In this document: one piece after another, positions 11,640-22,683 of the stretch
How the letters are laid out: every line of letters begins with the position of its first letter
Numbering within the stretch: position 1 is the stretch's first letter
Assembly: GCA_002189035.1 (NCBI GenBank)
Contig: NEEC01000021.1
Span: forward strand, 372,001-436,000
Source: Utricularia gibba
Taxonomy: Eukaryota > Plantae > Magnoliophyta
Direction of reading: 5' to 3'
DNA: 64,000 nucleotides
The notes under the pieces: generated by a model
Databases searched by the model: none
Told to the model about the DNA's origin: nothing
Seen by the model: the letters and a program-made list of their open reading frames with translations, nothing else
Translations under genes and position numbers: made by a program

Positions 11640-14070
11640 AATTAAGGCTTACAAAAAGTGTATTTTTTAAGTTGTGTAGTCTCCTACAAGAGAAAGCTAA
11701 TTTGAAACCCACCAAGTACGTTGAAGTGCCATAAATGGTTGCAATATTTTTAGGAATTCTTGCACATGATAGGAACACCAAGGCACAAAAACATGCCTTT
11801 CAGAGATCAACATGGACAATGTCAAAGCATTTTCATATTATGCTGATAGCAATTTTTTCCTTGCGGGATGAATTGTATATTAAGCCAAAACTGATAACCG
11901 ATGTTAATCAAACATCAATATTCGGGTTTTTTAAGTATCACATTTGCAAGTGATAACACACATTTTATTAGTGTTTTTAGGTTGTGAAATTTAGATGTTT
12001 AATGATAAAATTATGTATTTTAACTATGATTTTTGATATTTTGTTAATTGTAGTGTTATTTGTATTTTTATGCATAATATAGTCTATATTATAATTTCGA
12101 ATATTCTTCCAAGTGTTAGCAGCAGCATTGTGGATATTAAACCGCCTACAATCTGCAGGTTCAGGCCAAGAATAGTACAAATGTCAGGAACAGTGGGCTG
12201 ATTTTGAAAAATGGAAAAAAAAATGTGAAGATATTTTTAGAGAGGGGAGAAGAAGCGAATAGGGGAGCACACGAGGGGTTTCTCCCCCAACCCCAACACG
12301 ACGAGTACTGAATCAAGAGAAGAGAAGAAGAACTTCATCATCAAGAATAGCATAAGAGCCCAGTTTAGCGCTACTATTTCAGCCCCGGGAATAGTAGCAA
12401 ACAAAAACCAGAACTCTACTGCTTTATTTTCGTTTGTTGATATTTTCAGTTTCTGCAACCAATTCTTTCACAATGTTCTTGACATTTTCGTTGCTTTATG
12501 TTAATGTTATCATGTTTTACCTTCAAAGTATGAGTAGCTAAAGCCTTAGAGATGTCTTAAGGTGAATTATGGTGGGATGTACTTAGGGTTAATAATGAAA
12601 TTTATGTTTGTTTCTTAACTTTTATTTCTATCAATCTATGGGTAGACCTAAGGAGGGGAATAAATAGTTTCACAACTTAAATGCTTGATTTAGAGATAGA
12701 CCAACAAATCAAGGCGGGAGCAGTAGGTGTTAGTACGGGGTAGAACCAGTAGAATCGAGTAGACCTAGTTCTATATGCTTTGCATGCGGGTAGACCTAAT
12801 TGCAATGTTGGTTATGATATTTGGGATTAGCTAGCCGAAAATATGATGAATGACATGGGTAGACTTAGGTTATTTGAAGTTGTAAGTATAGAAACATGCT
12901 AAATTAAATTAGACACCTTAGCATAGTACCACCTGCAGATCCTTAAAGCATCTTCGTGTTATTTTCAGTTAGAATCAGTACTTATTACCTTTTGCATTGA
13001 AACCTGATTTCTTTTACTTAACTTGTTTACTATTGTTAGTCCGAGCTTAGACTAAGACCTATTGTTATCCAAAATTATGCATTTACTAAAACACTTAGCA
13101 AGCACAAACTCTTTATGATCGACCCCAATATCCACTATATAAGTTTTCCAAATTTCTATTTTGTATAGATTAGGAATTATAAATTTATTTGATAACGAAA
13201 TTTCTATTTTTGCAATGACATTAGGAAATTTTCGTTTATCAATAAGCTTTTATGTGCATTGTATTTTTTTAACTTCAACACCATAATTGCCTTTTTATGT
13301 CAGAATTGTCTTGGTGCACCGGATGGATCACATTTTCTACTACGAATGAAGGATGATTGGAAGCCATGGTTTAGGAACCGAAAGGGGCAATTGTCTATGA
13401 ATGTGCCCGGAGTCTGTAATGACCAAATGAACTTCATATATGTATTGTCCGGATGGAAGGGATCATCTTCGGATAGTAGGGTACTACGATCAGCCCTTAC
13501 TAAGAACTTCAAAGTTCCATCAGGTATAATTTTATTGATATAACTACATTCTATGTTTGTGTAATTTACTTTGTAATAAGAAAATATTTTATATGCATGT
13601 GTAGATTGTTACTATTTGTGTGACAATGGTTACACCAATTGCGAAGGCTTTTTAACTCCATATAGATCTGTCTGTTACCATTTGAAGGAGTGGGTGTTGG
13701 TCCTAAGACACTGCAAAATGCAAGGGAGTATTTCAATATGCAAAATGCAAGAAATGTCATCGAACGAGCATGGGAATTGATGAAAGTTTGATGGGGAATT
13801 CTTCGAGGTGCAAGTTTTTATCATATTCAAACATCAATGGGTATTATCATAGCTTGTGCATTACTTCACAACTTTATTCGAAAGGAAATGAGTTCTGATC
13901 CATGGGAAAATGAGATACTAGTAGTGTTTCATAACATGGATGTAGCTAGGGAAGAGGATTATGAAGATATTCATAACACAAGTGGTACAACTGAGTGGAA
14001 CACTTGGCGAAGTATGATGGCTAATACTATATACAATGCTTGGATTATGTCTCGTAGAGGTAGGTAGTAT
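11640..14070 (+). pseudogene. PIF/Harbinger DDE transposase pseudogene, interrupted by a solo LTR
   Basis: N-terminal part reads FFKLCSLLQEK...MVAIFLGILAH...FQRSTWTMSKHFH. After the LTR it reads NCLGAPDGSH, RNRKGQLSMNV, FIYVLSGWKGSSSDSRVL, REYFNMQNARNVIERAW and IIIACALLHNFIRKEM. Stops and frameshifts are present. Confidence 0.92.
11951..13241 (+). mobile_element. Solo LTR (Ty3/gypsy, probably Athila-type), 1291 bp
   Basis: Termini TGATAA...TTATCA form a 6-bp inverted repeat. Flanks GCAAG/ATAAG are a degenerate 5-bp TSD. The 3' portion has the gatcgacccc...aaattt...gataacg pattern typical of Athila LTRs. It sits in the transposase intron whose acceptor is at 13303. Confidence 0.7.
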
Positions 14071-14664
14071 ATCTATGAGAATTACGTAGCAATCTTCTAG
14101 TTGTTGTTCCAGCTCATAAAATGTAGGGTCTGATGAATGTAGTGTCCTCATATATTTGTAATTGGTTAAGGATTCGACTTCATACGCTAGTGAACTATGT
14201 TTGCAATATATTGATGTATTATTTGCAATGATAATGTATTAAAATGTAGTTTTTAATGCCATGTGGATAAAAAAATGGCATTAAAATGGATTAGAAAATG
14301 AGTTACTTGAGAATCAATGATGTGCACGCTTAATTCTACTCAACCTAGTTATTAGCAATATTTATTGCTAACTTAAATGGAACAATCATCATGACCACAT
14401 GGCCATCGTAAATGTAGGGATAAAGTTATTTATATTCATCAGTGCTCTTAATGTGTCATGCATATTGTGAAATGTTGCTATTATTCATTTTCCTCGTGCA
14501 AATGAAGAGTAGTAGCTCTAGCTTTCTTCTTATGATTTCAAAATTATCACTGTTTTTGTTTGTTCTAGACACTCTTGTCCATTGTATGTTCTCTAACCAC
14601 AAAACCAGTAGATACAAGCTGGAGCGGGTGGCATTGAGAGCATGGACTAGGCCTCAATGGTGAT

Positions 14665-15963
14665 TGTTAAGTGTCATTTTCTAGTTAATTATTAGATATT
14701 ATTATGTGTTAATTATGTATGAAGTCGCCCAAATTAGGAGTCTTATTATTAAGTATTTGATTTTTACTAGAAAATTCTTATTTTTCCATTTTGTGTATAT
14801 TTTATGTCTTTTTTCTCACACTTTGACTGAGACATGTCAGGAGACTATCATAGAGTGTTGCAGGTGGTCAGACTCTGAATTTTCGTACCTTGTACGCGAG
14901 TTGGCATGATTGTGGGCAGAAGACTGACACTGGTCAAGGCCCATGACTTACGGCATGTCAGAGTCTGTAGCAATGATTGGGCGCAAACTTGCACGCAAAG
15001 AAAGTCTGGTGGCGCACGCAAGAGAGAAGGAATGATGGGAAGGGGACCCAAAGGAGTTAATGCACGTGGAAAGTCATATAAAAACCATTTGGAGCACTTA
15101 GTTGAGGAAGCTTGGAACATTTTCTCTTGTACTTAGAACTTTTAGGTTCTTCCTCCTCCTCAAGGAAGAAGAACACTTAGTTTCTTTTCGTTTCTGTTTT
15201 GATGGCCCTTTGTGGCTAAAAACCTTTAACTTCTGGGAAGTAGATGAAGTTTCCTTCTAAGTCCTGAGCAATACACTCGGTTCTTTGCTGAATTTATTTC
15301 GGATTCCGCATACTTCCACGTGTCTTGTTACAGTCTTTCTGTAACGACTCTTAGTCAAGGTCCATGAGTAGCAGGCCACTCCTCGCGGATTTTGGTGAAG
15401 ATCAAGGTCAAGAGCACCAACTCCAACCCTGCTGGTTCGAGGGAAGTAGCAGATTGTTTGTGGCCTAGGTACCGCGATAGTGGACAGGTTGTGACCTCGG
15501 ACCTGCCACTGGCCATTGGCAACAACTGGGCACACGCGCACAATTCGGTTTTGAAGGCAATCGAAGGCAATCCTCTTGTCTTTTCTATCATCCAAGGGGG
15601 AATCACATGAGGCTATTCCCGTGCCTCCTTGTCAATCAGAGTGTAAGGGAGAGTAGGCTATTCCTTGCTCCTATAACCAGCTACTCGGAAGAAATCAGTG
15701 AAAACCGAGGCAAGGACGGACAAAAGAAGGAGATGAAATCTTATTCCCAGGAACTGTGTCCCGTAGTTAAGGCCCATCACTTAGGTTGCATCTTTTATTT
15801 CTGCATCTTAAAAACCCCTTTTGCAAAACCGTGACATTTTGTGAAAGTTCTTTACAAAATACTCTTCACGAAAAACCACTCCCTGTGATCGATACTCGTA
15901 CTACGCTTTCTAGTGTTTTACGTTTTAAATATTTAAAATTTGTTGAGGAAACGACACGCAACA
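14665..15963 (+). mobile_element. Solo LTR (Ty3/gypsy, probably Athila-type), 1299 bp
   Basis: Termini TGTT...AACA with TSD GTGAT/ATGAT (4/5). Homologous along its length to 18106-19461. Confidence 0.85.
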
Positions 15964-16489
15964 ATGATGTAGATGCACAAGAGGTAGGCTGAGCTTCATG
16001 CCTATGGTGTTATAGTTATGGATGAAATGGTTGGTGAGATTGTAGCATTCAAGGCATTTCGTAACTCCCTCTTCCTCTATTTTTTTTATCAGAGTGATGA
16101 ACATAGGTCCAAAATGAAAGATCACCGCTCTTCCTCCCTTCTCGTCAACCATCCTTCTTCTTTTTCTCACTCGAAACTTTGCAGATCTCAACATCATAAC
16201 AAGACTTCTGCCTTGGCCGTGCAATAGTCCCAGTTGAAACAACTCAAGATGGTCCTCTAGGCAGAGAAAAATGCACTACATAAGCACTCACTCACCAGCA
16301 TCAACTTACAAGAACCATTGCTACGTATTCAAATTATAATTTTCAATTTTATCATTAAATGTTGATGTTATTCAAAAAACAATTTCTTTATCATTGCTAC
16401 ATATCAAAAACGATTATGCATGCTATTTGAAAAAAATATGAGTTCTGATTTCTAGAAGTAAACAACAAGTTAACCAAAAATAACAAAAA

Positions 16490-17560
16490 GTAATAATGCT
16501 AAATCAAACAACAATTACATTTCATGCAATGCTATCAAACATAATCTCTCGCTCTGGAATCGAACTACCTAAAAAACAATCAAGCATAGCATCATCCCTA
16601 GTAACAATTTGCACCATCTTCAATCTTTGCATAGTTGACAATATATTGGATTTCATATTTCGAATCGAAACAGCGGCCTCCTTTTTCTTCTCTTGCAACT
16701 CCTTCTTGGTTGAATAAGTTTGTCACCAAGGTCACATATGGTAGCATTCGAATCTCTACTTAGTTTCCTCAATTCAACTAGCAGATCCTCAAATTCAGTA
16801 CCTGATTCCCTTCTTTTTTTCCCTTCATCACTTCCTACCTCATCACCACTCTATGAACTTGTGTTGGCATACTTTCGTTTCCTCCCTCCATATACAAATG
16901 ACGTTTTCTCTTGAAATGGGGCAGACTCATCATGAGCAGAGTATTTATCATTGGCTTCAAATGGTGGACTTGAGAAGGGCAGCAACAAGTTCGTCGAATC
17001 CAGTAGATCATCTTCATTGACTGGTGGTGTTTCATACTTCACATTTGTTACATCACCTTCTTCAAGAAATGTTCCATATGCTCTATCATTTCCGAATATA
17101 TCAATCCAATCCTCATTGTAAGGCCAACTCTTGTTCTTCAAAATATTTTGAGTATGCTCATCATGCTGCCCACATAAATAAATTAAACAAAAGTAAAACA
17201 AAAAACTAATCAAAAAAAATTCATATATTACCAATTTCAACTCCACCCACAATTCTGGTGTTGCATCCACAGTCTTGGTAGTATAGTCAAAACCGGCTCC
17301 AGATTTGCTTAAAAAACAATGAGCATATTATAATCTCTCTTAAAATGACCCATCTTGGAATGCATATGAGGATGAGCTCTTTTTTCAATTCTAATACATA
17401 CCTTTATGAATGATTGCTCTAAAGCAGATAGATATTTCGGTTTTCATCCATTCTCACAATGCCACCCAATAGCTACTAATTCCTTCAATTACATTTAGCC
17501 CTAGAACTCTCTCCGCCTTCAGTACCTATTGATTTCTTCTTTGATCTAATGGGTTTATCC
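16490..17560 (-). pseudogene. Myb/SANT-like accessory gene of the PIF element
   Basis: Reads LKELVAIGWHCENG*KPKYLSALE, AHPHMHSKM, SKSGAGFDYTTKTVDATPELW, then after an intron KNKSWPYNEDWIDIFGNDRAYG. These are typical Harbinger Myb/SANT motifs, with stops. Confidence 0.88.
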
Positions 17561-17599
17561 CTAGAAGAGTCCATGCTAAGAGATTACAATGAATATAAT

Positions 17600-20500
17600 T
17601 AGTAAATTTCAATCGAATCAACAATAAAAAAAGCATCATAATTTGTTTCTCATATAGATTAATCGAAAAACATTGAAAACAATGTAATCGATGAGATAAG
17701 GATTTGCCATCATTACAGTCTAGAAGATAAGGACAATGCAACGGATACTTCTAAAATCCTCAACAGCTATCTTACACATCTATCATATTGTTGTACAATT
17801 TATATAAAGGGATTCTTCAAGTAGTTCAAGTATTATAATGATTTTCACACAAACTTCCCAAAATGTTGTTCTTCTTACTTCATTCCTGAATATTTCTTTC
17901 ATTGATCGTTATTAGAATCACTATATGGAATTTCCTATTTGTCTATTATTGTACAATGCAAAGAGAGATACTCAAGAATTAGTAAATTCTGTATCACTTA
18001 TGTTCTTAACATCGAATTTTGATTTCTTTTTGAAGTAATTGAATTAGATGTGGGTTTGTGAGTCCTCTATATTTTCTTGTCCAATTTTCCCAATAGTGTA
18101 GTTACTCATGCGTGTCACTTCCATAACAAATTTTAATACTTTTAAAACTCGTAAAACACAAAAGCGTAGTACGGGTGTCGAACACAAAGAGTTGTTTTTG
18201 AGTGAAAGGTGAGGTACCTCGAATACAACTGCCACGATTTATAAACGGTTTTGAAGGTAAAAGGTGCGAGAAACGTTGATGATGAAGCTTGAGTAAGGAA
18301 TAAGAGGGGTTTTGAATAAACAACTAAAATAAATGTAAGCGATGAACCTTAAATAAAGTAAATGTTCCTAGGTTTGGAATCTTGTCCAGTTATGTTCGTT
18401 GCGTCTTCACTCTTCTCTGGTTTTCTTGAGTACTCGGTTATAGGAGTAAAAAATTGACTACCCTCCCTTACACTCTTTTGCAAGAAGGCACGAGAATAGC
18501 CTGATGTTGCTCTTTCTTGGACGAACATGAGAATAAGAGGTCCTGCCAACGTACCCTCATGGCTGAATTGCACGCGTGTGCCCGAGTGTTGCCAATGACC
18601 CAATGAGTCCAGATACGAGCTCACTACATATCCATTGATTCTGAGGTATGGCCACAGATAAAACGTAGTCTTCCTCCTGCCAAAGGGGCGTGAGTTGGTG
18701 CTCTCCACCTTGCTTCTCTCCAAAACTCGCGGGAAGTGATCAGCTAACCATGAATCTTAAATAAGGGGACTGTTACAAAAAGATTGCAACATAGTCGTGC
18801 GAAGACATACGAAACCCATTCGGATTCAGAGAAAATGTTAAGATAAGCTAACGAAACATAGATCTGGTGGTGTTCCAACCCAGAAATAGAAGTTTCTAGC
18901 CACGAAGGGTCATACAATCTAAAGAAAACGAAACAAGGTTCTAGAGAGAAGATAGATGAAAAATCCTCTAGAGAGAGAAAACAAAAGGGAAAACTAAAAC
19001 TGAAAATAAACTCTAAGCTTGTATGAATAGAAATGAACTTCAATGAGAGTCTGAGCTTTCGTATCCCTGTGATTCTGCTGAACTTGAGATGACTTGCAAG
19101 CAAACGTCTGCTCTGACACTGGTATGCTAATGATGCCACCTATAAGAGACTCCCGTGTTCTGCACATCAAGGCTCAAGATTAGGCATCTACAATCTTCCG
19201 GAAATCAAGAGAATGTCAGCTTGGAAAAATCCAATTTGTCGTCATTTGATGCCTTCTTTCTCTCACTTCCTGCCATGTGTGTACCTCTAGAAAAATTCAA
19301 TCAAAACTAGTAAAATTAATAGATAAAACACAAGATTTAAGATAATTACCCTAAACTAGATAAAAACTTAAATCCTATATTATAGACTCCTAATTAGACA
19401 CTTCTAATCATAATTAAGCATAAAAACAACCTAAGAAATAATAAGAAAATTACACTTAACAGTTATTAATAATTTTTGTATGTATATCTAATGTCTCGTT
19501 TAGTATTGGCGATATTGAAATAATGTTCTACAAATTATGGACCTTCATAGATACTCCTTTTTAGTCTTCTTGATTCCATCTCAAAGTTTTGTTTTCATTG
19601 AATATCACATCTTGAAAAGTACCACTTTTTTTCCATAAGTATTGATATTTTATAAGCCGTGGAATTTGCCATATATCCAATAAATATTCTCATTTTACTT
19701 TATTATCTAACTTGGTTTGTAGTGCTTGGGGAATATGCATAAAATAGATATTGCCAAATATCTTCAAATATTCTATTGTTGGATATCATTTTGTCCATTG
19801 TCGATATGGTGTATTGTTTTCGTTAATTCTGAGTAGATAATCTATTCAAAAAATACATGACAAGATTCATAGCATCCCCTGAGAAAATATTTTGGTAAGT
19901 TTCCTTTTATTAATAAACGAGACGTATTCATAACAATTCTATTTCCTTTTTCGTAGATTCCATTTTGTTGAGTAGTGTATAGAGCTGAAAATTGCACTAT
20001 AATTCCATATTCTTGAAAAATGGTATGCAGCTCGTGTGATATATATCCTCCATTGTTATTTGATCTTAGAGCTTTGATTTTAGTTCCACTTTAATTTTAC
20101 ATCGATATTTTAAAGTCTATATAACATTTACTTACACTTTCTTTAGATTCAAGGAAGTAAAACTAACTATATTTCAAGAAATAATCATTGAATAGCACAA
20201 AATATTTGTTATATACTTGTGTGGTTGATGTGTTAGAAATGTAAATATTAGAAAAAACTACTTCGAATGATTGTTGTGCAATCCAATTAATAGGTGCAAA
20301 TGAAGGTCTAGTTATTTTTTCAGATTGACGTATCTCATAACAATCCCAAAATTGTTCAATTTTGGAACTGTATTAATTAGGTTCATTTGTTGTGATCTTT
20401 GTAGTGATATTTGATAATGATGATCGAGTGTTTAATGGCATGGTGTAATATTTTCTTTTGCATGTGTAGATAAAGACGTAGTTGCAAGTCTTTCACATTC

Positions 20501-21219
20501 TTAAAAAAGTTAATTAGAAATACCTTGTTGATTATAGAGTTGCTCCTGATTTGTTCTCATGTAGAATTATCTATGGAAGGTGACATTATAGAAATGAATG
20601 TTACAATTTTTATTGAAAAGCTAGCCAAATCTCAACAATTTGTATGAGGCAATCGATACATAAAAGACATCCTTGAAGAGAATACATTTTCATTAAATTT
20701 ACTGACCTCCACCCATCTCAATTTTCGGAAAACTTCAGATGAGTCAACCTTTACAAGACGTGAATTTGAATTGGGTTTATAGAAAACTCATAACAAGAAG
20801 GTAGTGAATGAATAATGATGTCATTTAGTTCGTCTTCATCATGTTTGGATCCTAACAGACACATTTTTCAAAAGTCTATTATAATGATATTTGTGAATTA
20901 ATCCATAGTATCAATGGAGTTTAGTTTTTAATTATTTAATGAACACCAAATATCGCCAACTTGGGTCGCTTTAATCTCAATCATCTCAACATAAATGTCT
21001 TTCAACACCTTCCATGCTTCTTTGAGAGTTTTGTACTTTAGAATATGGTCATATGCTACATGAGTTACAACTTGATTTAGAATACCCCGAACATGAAGTG
21101 GTGTAGTAGTCCATAAGATCAAGCTCGTCGAAATGATTCGTCATTTTTTTGGACTACACATGAAATTCATCAGGGTCCTTTTCATCAAAGTGTAGGAATG
21201 TAGAGTTTTGAGCTGTCAT
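17600..21219 (-). mobile_element. Ty1/copia internal relic (gag to integrase; RT/RNase H absent), interrupted by a solo LTR
   Basis: gag-like start at 21219 and ILKYKTLKEAWKVLKDIY. Integrase reads KYFVLFNDYF...KIKALRSNNNGGYIS...QFSALYTTQQNGIYEKRK (about 19930-20220). Heavily decayed; the 17600 boundary is approximate. Confidence 0.8.
18106..19461 (-). mobile_element. Solo LTR, same family as 14665-15963, inverted, 1356 bp
   Basis: On the minus strand it begins TGTTAAGTGTAATTTTCT (compare TGTTAAGTGTCATTTTCT at 14665) and ends GACACGCATGA. TSD GTTAC/GTTAT (4/5). Confidence 0.85.
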
Positions 21220-22272
21220 GTTAGTGAGTAAAAGAACAAGTCACAAGAGGCATATGGAAGAAGGAAAAAATAAAAAAGACAATAAGGATTGAAGCTAAAA
21301 TAATCAAAAGCAGAGGAGGGAGGGGGGGGGTGTTTCACGGTTGGTTCCCCATGAAGCAAAAATAATCAGAAGTAGAGCGTGTGTGGGGACATTTCGCATC
21401 AGGTTCATCACGAAGAATTCTACAGAATTCTTCAATTTTGCTTGTCTGGATGAGGTTTGTAGAATTTAGATTTTGAGCTGTGATTTTCTAAAATAAGCAA
21501 AACAAGTATGTCGATTTCTTAAAGTACATGAAGGGTAGGGTGGAAAAGAATTTAAATCCTTTAGTTTTAATAAATAGAAGTGTTTGGTAAGTATGATTTG
21601 ACAACTTAATGATTTTAATAATATTGTTAAAATATTTTGACAAAGAATTTTGAAAACTCATTTTTTATTAGTCTTATAAATCCTCCCTGTGAATCTTTCA
21701 TTTTTTCCTTCTTCGCTCATTCTTTTCTCCATTCATTCTTTTTTCCTTTTTATCCTTATCACCAATGTAAATATCAATCATTACTTCACTTATTGGTGGA
21801 TCCCTCAAGTCTTCCCCTTTTTCTTACCATTCTTACTCACCCAACGAATGGTATCATTTATAGAAAATACAATGTTAATTCAAACTCTCTAGTTTTCATT
21901 TTTTTTCATTCTAAATGTTTCTTTCGATTGTTTTTCTTATAGAGTATGTAGTATGCATTTTAAAATTTAATTGCATATTTGGTTAACTAATTTACATTCT
22001 TGTATGTTACATTGAATTTTTAAAATAGGTTGAAAAATGTGAGAAAATTACAAAAGCTTATAAAGATAAAGATCGACAACAATATTAGAAAACATTCCAA
22101 TAATTATATTTAAACACAAAGAACAAATTCATAATTTTCTTATAAATTCAACAATAAAAATGATATTTTATGTATTCACTATTGTTGTATCAGAGACATC
22201 TTAAGTCAATGAATATTTACTCTGGACAAAATAAGCATACGGTACAATATTGTAGGTATATTGACAAATATA

Positions 22273-22656
22273 TGTTGGATCATATGAAGTCAACAAGCCT
22301 CAATATTATTAATAAAAATATAATCCACGTCAGTTCCTGACTTAGTCAGCCACACTTCAAGTCCTCAACCACCTCTTCGAAAATTATGATGTCATCAACA
22401 AGTCCACTCACTCACTTATGAGTTTTTGTTGTTTTTTCTACTGTCTTTAAGTTCTGTTCGTTCATCTTAGTCTTTATGTTTTTTTTAGCATAAGAATACC
22501 TACTAGTAATGTGCTGATATTCATCAATCAAAACTTTTTTTTTATCATATCAGTGCATTGCCTTTTTTGATTTGTCCAATCCTCACTAGTTGTATAACTA
22601 GTGTGAAAATCCTAATCCCATAACAATCAGTGCATGCATTGGTAACCATCCTACCA
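22273..22656 (+). repeat. 5' LTR of the Copia element
   Basis: TGTTGGATCATATGAAG...CATCCTACCA aligns to 26483-26866 with roughly 45-50 differences by eye (about 87% identity), mostly transitions. Confidence 0.92.
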
Positions 22657-22671
22657 TTCAGTTTTTTCATT

Positions 22672-22683
22672 TGGTATCAGAGC
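22672..22683 (+). other. Primer binding site complementary to the tRNA-iMet 3' end
   Basis: TGGTATCAGAGC, the canonical plant Copia PBS. Confidence 0.92.

Larger units (their letters stand above)
10981..17560 (+). mobile_element. PIF/Harbinger DNA transposon (decayed) with nested solo LTRs; right TIR not found
   Basis: Left end is TTA|GGGCTTGTTTGGTATG (TTA TSD plus PIF-type TIR at 10981). It contains a transposase (+) and a Myb/SANT gene (-) in convergent orientation. Confidence 0.8.
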
